NCBI GenBank assembly: GCA_036677375.1
Contig: JAVBWO010000012.1
Location: 103,995-167,994, forward strand
Source: Bacillota bacterium
Lineage (GTDB): Bacteria > Bacillota > Dehalobacteriia > UBA4068 > UBA4997
Direction: 5' to 3'
DNA: 64,000 nt
Shown: positions 58,462 to 64,000 of the stretch, in pieces
How positions within the stretch are numbered: the first letter of the stretch is position 1
How the letters are laid out: each line of letters starts with the position of its first letter
Notes under the pieces: generated by a model
The model's database searches: none
The model's input: only the letters and a program-made list of their open reading frames with translations
Told to the model about the DNA's origin: nothing
Translations under genes and position numbers: made by a program

Positions 58462-60153
58462 CTACTCTACCACATAGGTATGTTTTAAAAGCTCCGCCAC
58501 CGTGGTCTTGCCCTCCGCCACCAAAAGCGCCATGTTATCCCATAGAGTCTGCAAACCGTTTTTGACGGCATATTCTTTGATCTCCTGGGAAGAACAGCGG
58601 TCCAGGATCATTTTCCGTATGACGCTGTTTAAAAGAATGATCTCGTGAACAGCGGTTCGGCCGATATATCCCGTATGATTGCAGCGGATACAGCCGACGC
58701 CGTGCGCCAGCTTTTCCGGCGTCTTTTCACCTAAAATCATCCGCTCTTCCGGTGTGGGAGCATATTCTTCCCGGCAATAGGGACAGATGAGGCGGATCAG
58801 GCGCTGCGCCACCACGCCGACCACGGAGGAAGCCACGATATAAGGCTCGATGCCCATATCCACCAGCCTCATGAAGGCGGAGGCTGCATCGTTGGTATGA
58901 ATGCTGGAAACCACCAAGTGCCCCGTAATGGCGGCCCGGGCAGCGATTTCCGCCGTTTCCTTATCACGGATCTCTCCGATCATAATGATATCGGGATCCT
59001 GCCGCAGCAGGGAACGCAAGCCGGAAGCAAAGGTCAGGCCCGCTTTCACATTGATCTGGGTTTGATTGGTCCCGGCCAGCATCTTTTCCACCGGGTCTTC
59101 CACGGTAACGATATTCACCTTCGGCGTGGAAAGCTGAGCCAAAACCGAATACAGAGTCGTGGTTTTGCCGCTGCCGGTAGGGCCGCTGACTAAGATAATG
59201 CCGCTGGGGCTTTGGACCATCCGGCGAAATTTTTCAATATTATACGGCAGCATGCCAAGCTCGGATACTTTCAAGATAGCGGACTTACTGTCGCTTAAAA
59301 GACGCAGTACCACCTTTTCCCCATAAACGGTAGGAATAGTAGAGACCCGTACGGAAAGACGGTTGTCATCAATCTCTGTTTCAAAGCGTCCGTCTAAAGG
59401 CAGCCGCTTTTCCGCAATATCCATGCCTCCCATAATCTTGACCCGGGTCACGATAGGACCATGCAAAGCGGGATTCAGGCTCATGACTTCCACCAGCTCA
59501 CCGTCAATGCGGTAACGAACCCTGATCTTGCCGTTTTCCGGTTCGATGTGCACATCGCTGGCACGCCTCTTAAAGGCCTGAGTGATCATGGTACTCACCA
59601 GACGAACCAAAGGAGCGCTGTCCACCCGCTGGTAGACCTCGGTGAATTCCTCGCTCATGAGGTTTTCAAAACCGGTATATTCCTTACTGACATCTTCCAC
59701 CACAGCATCTACCCGGCGCTGGGCATAATAGCGCTCAATGGCCAGATCGATATCCGTGCTGCCCGCTAAAACAGGTGAAACATTACGCCCGGCGGCAAGG
59801 GAAATCGCGTTGAAGACGGTATAATTCAGAGGATCGTTGGTTGCGACAATTAAATTGCTGTCCGTTAAGGAAATGGGAATCAAATGATGTTCGCGGGCTA
59901 TTTTTTCGGGAACGGTTCCGATGACTTCCCGTGGAATGTCAATACTCTTCAGATCGAGCAAAGGAACATCCAGGCGTTTTTGTAAAACGGAAAACAGCTG
60001 CTCCTCCGTGATGATGCCTTGTTCAATCAAGATCTGACCCAGCCGTTTGCCGCCGCTGCTTTTTTGAACGTCCAAAGCGTCTTGCAGCTGGCCTGGTAAT
60101 AGGAGGCCGCTCTCTACCAAGAGATCGCCGATACGAATATTTTTCTGGAACAT
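58462..60153 (-). CDS. pilB: type IV pilus assembly ATPase PilB (GspE family)
   Basis: N-terminal GSPII_E_N domain, Walker A GPTGSGKTTT and tetracysteine motif CPYC...CIRC. Start trimmed to MFQKNIRIGDLL after TGGAGG RBS. Confidence 0.9.
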   Translation of the reverse strand: MFQKNIRIGDLLVESGLLLPGQLQDALDVQKSSGGKRLGQILIEQGIITEEQLFSVLQKRLDVPLLDLKSIDIPREVIGTVPEKIAREHHLIPISLTDSNLIVATNDPLNYTVFNAISLAAGRNVSPVLAGSTDIDLAIERYYAQRRVDAVVEDVSKEYTGFENLMSEEFTEVYQRVDSAPLVRLVSTMITQAFKRRASDVHIEPENGKIRVRYRIDGELVEVMSLNPALHGPIVTRVKIMGGMDIAEKRLPLDGRFETEIDDNRLSVRVSTIPTVYGEKVVLRLLSDSKSAILKVSELGMLPYNIEKFRRMVQSPSGIILVSGPTGSGKTTTLYSVLAQLSTPKVNIVTVEDPVEKMLAGTNQTQINVKAGLTFASGLRSLLRQDPDIIMIGEIRDKETAEIAARAAITGHLVVSSIHTNDAASAFMRLVDMGIEPYIVASSVVGVVAQRLIRLICPYCREEYAPTPEERMILGEKTPEKLAHGVGCIRCNHTGYIGRTAVHEIILLNSVIRKMILDRCSSQEIKEYAVKNGLQTLWDNMALLVAEGKTTVAELLKHTYVVE

Positions 60154-60297
60154 GTTATTCCTCCAATTATTCTCCCCATAATCCCCCAAAACTCTTTGTT
60201 TTTGCCCCGGAGAATGCTACAATGGAAAATGTTTCATAAGAAGCGCAGATATGTTAATATAAAAATGAATGAATCCAATGATGATACGGAGGCGGCA

Positions 60298-61041
60298 ATG
60301 GCGTACTTTCTTTTTCTGGCATTTGTCTACGGCCTGGTAATCGGCAGCTTTCTCAATGTCTGCATTTACCGTATTCCCCTAGGCATCTCAGTGGCCAAGG
60401 GACGTTCTTTTTGTCCCCAATGCCATGAGACTTTACGGGCCAAGGATCTGGCGCCCATCTTCAGCTATCTTTTTTTGAAGGGACGCTGCCGCTACTGCGG
60501 CAGCCGCATCTCGCCCCGTTATCCCGTAATCGAGCTGGCCAACGGTCTTTTATGGCTGGCTGCCGCTTTCAAATGGGGCTATAGCTGTCAAGGACTCTTA
60601 TATGCATTCTTCTTTTCCCTGCTTCTCACTCTGGCCATGATCGATTGGGATACGCAGACGATTCCTGACCGTTTTGCGGTGCTCATTGCTGTTTTAGCGC
60701 TTTTTTCTTTATTCTTTCCCGGCGCTACCCTATTCAGCCGCGTCCTGGGTTTTTTCATCATCAGTCTGCCAATGCTGGCCGTTGCCTGGTTTTTTAACGG
60801 CTTCGGCGGCGGCGACATCAAGCTGATGGCAGTCGCCGGCTTCTTACTGGGCTGGCAGAACATTGTACTGGCTTTCTTTTTGGGTACTGTCCTTGCCGCT
60901 TTGGCCTATGCGCCCCGGCTGAAACAAAAACAGCAAAAAACCCCCATCCCATTCGGTCCCTGGCTGGCCTTGGGTCTTATCATCACCGCCCTCTTAGGCG
61001 ACAGGATCATCGGGGCTTATATCCATCTTATCATCCGGTAG
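60298..61041 (+). CDS. pilD: prepilin peptidase (A24 family, PilD) with N-terminal zinc-binding CxxC pairs
   Basis: CPQC...CRYC N-terminal domain plus DiS-P-DiS catalytic region (GGGDIKL). Start trimmed to MAYFLF after GGAGG RBS. Confidence 0.88.
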   Translation: MAYFLFLAFVYGLVIGSFLNVCIYRIPLGISVAKGRSFCPQCHETLRAKDLAPIFSYLFLKGRCRYCGSRISPRYPVIELANGLLWLAAAFKWGYSCQGLLYAFFFSLLLTLAMIDWDTQTIPDRFAVLIAVLALFSLFFPGATLFSRVLGFFIISLPMLAVAWFFNGFGGGDIKLMAVAGFLLGWQNIVLAFFLGTVLAALAYAPRLKQKQQKTPIPFGPWLALGLIITALLGDRIIGAYIHLIIR

Positions 61042-61244
61042 CAATCAAACCAAACCCTGCCCACACGGCGGGTTTTTTTATTTCCGGCTGACAAGATTCC
61101 GGAAACTTCTGTTTTTTGGTGTTTTATTGCGCCTTTACCCCTATGCTTTAAAAATGCTTTTCTGCTTTGGAAGATACAATCCCCGGATTTCGAACCAAGG
61201 GCGAACGCTCCACGATGCGGTTTGTTCCGGCTTCGGCTTCAGGT

Positions 61245-61979
61245 TTATTCTGCCGCATCGCTGGCCATATAGACTTCCAGGCTGAAATTTACATTAATCT
61301 CGCCGCCACCATCAGGCATATTGATGACAAAGCTTTTGACATGGATGAAATCCTTAGCGGCCAAACCGTCAAGATAACTTAAAATATTGCTGTAAGAGCC
61401 GGAAACCAACACAGCGACGCCGGATTTGTAGATAATAGGAGTGCTGCCTGCGCTTTGCTGTTTCGTTCCGGATTTTCCCGAGGCTGTTGCGGTATCACCT
61501 GTTAGGCTGGCGCCTTGCATCAAGGCGGTGGTGATGCTGCCGGCCACGGTGCTGTCGCCGCCTGAGATCTCATTTGCCATTTGGCTAACGGCCGCTGCCG
61601 CTTGGGCCTGGGCAACGCCACTGTCTTCCAAATTCACGGCGGCATAATTTCCGATAGACAAGGAATTCAGCTTCACCTTGGCATCCTTCGCAAGATCAAC
61701 CATCAAGTAATGAATGTCATAGGTTTTCATGACAGGCGGCATTTGCGCAGCCAGGTCGGCATATTTTTCTTCCTCGCTGTCTTCGGCTGCCATAACCGCC
61801 GCTTTACAGAGGATACTATGATCCATCGCCTCTTTTTGCGCCTGGACGTTCGTCTGAGCGGCTTTGGCGTCCCGCCAGTTCCCGATAATGGGGCGCAGGC
61901 CAAAAAACCCCGCCAATGCCAGCACCAATACGGTACAAAAAACAGTTAAAATTATTTTGTCTTTGGGCGTCATTTTCAT
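61245..61979 (-). CDS. pilO: type IV pilus assembly protein PilO-like
   Basis: N-terminal TM plus a PilO-type periplasmic domain. Follows pilN with a 4-nt overlap. Confidence 0.6.
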   Translation of the reverse strand: MKMTPKDKIILTVFCTVLVLALAGFFGLRPIIGNWRDAKAAQTNVQAQKEAMDHSILCKAAVMAAEDSEEEKYADLAAQMPPVMKTYDIHYLMVDLAKDAKVKLNSLSIGNYAAVNLEDSGVAQAQAAAAVSQMANEISGGDSTVAGSITTALMQGASLTGDTATASGKSGTKQQSAGSTPIIYKSGVAVLVSGSYSNILSYLDGLAAKDFIHVKSFVINMPDGGGEINVNFSLEVYMASDAAE

Positions 61980-62545
61980 TGTAATTCACCACCGCCCGCT
62001 AAGACGCATTGAATATTAAAGGTATATTGCTCGGAGGTACCGTTGAACCCTACATATTTCACCTCGTAAAACAGGCCGGAACCATCCAGGATCTGGGCAA
62101 ATTCCGCCGGCGGCAAATTGTTCGCAGTGGTACAGGACAACCCTATGGTGTTGTCGCTGACGCCATAGCTGATAATATGAACGCCGGAGGGCGCCATATC
62201 ATCGATCTGGTGAAAGCAACCGGCCGTGATCCGGGTCTGATTTTTCAGAAGGGAAACTGCTTCCGACACTTGGATATTATGGGAGATATCCCACCCAAGA
62301 TCGGAGGCGGCATTCAAAACGTTTTGATATTCTTCCGCATATTGGGGTTCTGTGATAGCCTGCTCCAGCAAAGCGGTTTCACGTTCCAGCTTATGCCCGG
62401 AGAAGAAGAATCCCAGAGCGGTTACCGCCAATACCAAAAGCAGAGCCAAGCCTACCGCCGGAATCAGAAAGGAGGATTTCTGCCAACTCCGTGCGCTTTT
62501 ATTGGCGGCTTCCAGCGCGGAAAAAAAGTTGATATCACCTTTCAA
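61976..62545 (-). CDS. pilN: type IV pilus assembly protein PilN-like
   Basis: 189 aa with N-terminal TM and coiled coil. Between pilM and pilO. Confidence 0.6.
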   Translation of the reverse strand: MKGDINFFSALEAANKSARSWQKSSFLIPAVGLALLLVLAVTALGFFFSGHKLERETALLEQAITEPQYAEEYQNVLNAASDLGWDISHNIQVSEAVSLLKNQTRITAGCFHQIDDMAPSGVHIISYGVSDNTIGLSCTTANNLPPAEFAQILDGSGLFYEVKYVGFNGTSEQYTFNIQCVLAGGGELQ

Positions 62546-62556
62546 CGGTCTTTACC

Positions 62557-63516
62557 TCACTTTCTCAGCATAGCGCCGATCAGAGTCACCCAGTTATCAT
62601 AATTGAAACCGGCCGGACTGCTGACAGATTGGGGATCGGGCAGCATGGCGACCTCCACCTCAAGTTCCATTTGCAGTCTCATGCAGGCTTCTTCCGTTTT
62701 TTCGATATCGCCGCAGAGATAGACTCTGTTTAAAACGGTGCCGGGAGACTTGATGGAATAAAATTGTAGCATCTTGGAGATCTGCTGAGCAGCCATATCA
62801 TACATGGCTTCCATTTGCTCTTCCTGGGATTCCGTTTGTGCACCGCCGGTCAGCAAATTAATACCAAAAGCAGTGAGGTCGCTATTTTTTTTACCGATTT
62901 GTGCCGTTCTGGTCAGTATGGAGCCTTTGCCGTCTAAAAGGTGAACCGCCACATCCTCAGGAGTCAGCTTGACGACGATATAAGGGCCTGCCTGAGCCAA
63001 AGCCGGTTGCAGCCTTGTGGCCTTCAGCAAAGCGTTTTGCGCAACATCGAAAAAGACCGGCTTTTTCTTCATGCTCATAATCAAATGCTGATAAGATTCA
63101 ACGATGAGCCGGGGCATCAGATAAGCCATTATTTTGGCCATGGTATTGTTTTCCACCTGCTCCAAAGAAAGGATCGTGTATTGCAGCAGATATTCCTCTT
63201 CCGCGGTATAAAATGCGGCAATCTCGCTTTGTACCAAGGTGTTCATCTGTTTTTGATTTTTGGTATAAGGTAAGGACAGCTCACGGGATACGGCGGGAAC
63301 ATGCAAAAGCAACCCCACATCCTTTTCCCGAAAACCATTTTTTAACAAAAAATCGCCGATAACTGTGGTACACTGCGCCATATTACGGATGATGCCATTC
63401 TCATAGATGACGCGGTCCAGGATTGCTTTGGCAAATTGATTAACCAGGATCATGCCGTTTTGTTCTTGGGCTGAAAGAACAGATATGCCGTTATTGCCGA
63501 ATTCAATACAGATCAT
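62557..63516 (-). CDS. pilM: type IV pilus assembly ATPase-fold protein PilM (actin-like)
   Basis: 319 aa with an actin/FtsA-like fold pattern. Upstream neighbour is the pilC C-terminus. Confidence 0.7.
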   Translation of the reverse strand: MICIEFGNNGISVLSAQEQNGMILVNQFAKAILDRVIYENGIIRNMAQCTTVIGDFLLKNGFREKDVGLLLHVPAVSRELSLPYTKNQKQMNTLVQSEIAAFYTAEEEYLLQYTILSLEQVENNTMAKIMAYLMPRLIVESYQHLIMSMKKKPVFFDVAQNALLKATRLQPALAQAGPYIVVKLTPEDVAVHLLDGKGSILTRTAQIGKKNSDLTAFGINLLTGGAQTESQEEQMEAMYDMAAQQISKMLQFYSIKSPGTVLNRVYLCGDIEKTEEACMRLQMELEVEVAMLPDPQSVSSPAGFNYDNWVTLIGAMLRK

Positions 63517-63525
63517 TTTTTCACC

Positions 63526-64000
63526 TCACGCAATATACTGAAAGGACGTGTAAATAGGCAGAATAACAGCCACCAGGATAAATCCGATGATCAGGGCTAA
63601 GACCACCAGTAAGACAGGTTCTAAAAGCGCCATCATCTTTTGAATAGCGGCTTCCGACTCCTCATCGTAATAGTCCGCGATGCTGACAAAAATAGCGTCC
63701 AGGCTGCCGGATTCCTCTCCGATCTTGACCATGGAATGAAAAAGCGTGTCAAAGAGATTCATTTCTTCCAAAGCGCCGGATAAGCTGGCTCCGGAGCTAA
63801 TTTTTTCCACACCTACGGCCATTTGGCCGTTGACATATGTATTGTTCAGAACATCGGAAGATAATCGGATGGCTTCCAGCATAGAAATGCCGTTGGCATA
63901 GAGCACAGACATGGAACGGGCAAAACGCGCCTCATAGATCGTACGGTTAAATTTGCCGAAAATAGACATCCTCAGCTTCATTTTATCCAAGAACAGACGC
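63526..64000 (-). CDS. pilC: type IV pilus inner-membrane platform protein PilC (GspF family), C-terminal part; continues beyond the window
   Basis: T2SSF domain C-terminus ...LLEPVLLVVLALIIGFILVAVILPIYTSF. The ORF runs off the window end. Confidence 0.8.
   Translation of the reverse strand, partial: RLFLDKMKLRMSIFGKFNRTIYEARFARSMSVLYANGISMLEAIRLSSDVLNNTYVNGQMAVGVEKISSGASLSGALEEMNLFDTLFHSMVKIGEESGSLDAIFVSIADYYDEESEAAIQKMMALLEPVLLVVLALIIGFILVAVILPIYTSFQYIA

Overview
This 64-kb window looks like chromosome from a spore-forming Firmicute (Clostridia/Negativicutes-like, about 50% GC). Most genes are on the minus strand.

Ordinary content, in order:
- DUF1292, ruvX, ireB-like, alaS.
- AI-2E transporter, a small membrane protein, a tandem PRC-barrel protein, and ribD behind a riboswitch-like terminating leader.
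- The conserved rpe-rsgA-prkC(PASTA)-stp-rlmN-rsmB-Zn peptidase-fmt-def-priA supercluster.
- spoVAC-AD-AE.
- A DUF421 + DUF4363 pair.
- cdaA-cdaR-glmM (c-di-AMP).
- DUF881-sbp-DUF881.
- GNAT-ilvD-ilvN-ilvB.
- gntR, pyrE and comB.
- iorAB-paaK plus a sodium:solute symporter.
- argH.
- Reverse rubrerythrin.
- ridA.
- A MATE exporter.

Items worth attention:
1. fdhD sits next to a formate dehydrogenase alpha subunit that the ORF track splits in two. The two pieces are in frame across a TGA that sits at the conserved selenocysteine position, and a SECIS-like hairpin follows it.
2. A selenium-dependent molybdenum hydroxylase maturation cluster (ModE-like, yqeC, mocA, yqeB, xdhC, MoCF-binding protein) has no hydroxylase catalytic subunit nearby.
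3. An orphan 61-aa peptide with 27 cysteines has a near-consensus RBS, its own promoter-like site and terminator, and begins with a (TGTGGN)5 hexanucleotide repeat. I did not recognise this family, and it is the most interesting candidate here.
4. A type IV pilus locus (pilC-M-N-O, pilD, pilB-pilT-hypothetical) carries two tandem pilin paralogs with identical N-termini and diverged C-termini.
5. A 630-bp convergent intergenic spacer (22475-22900) is packed with tandem and dispersed palindromic repeats.

Several 5' leaders (ribD, ilv, symporter, comB, argH) and two long untranslated stretches look structured, but I could not assign them to known RNA families by eye.
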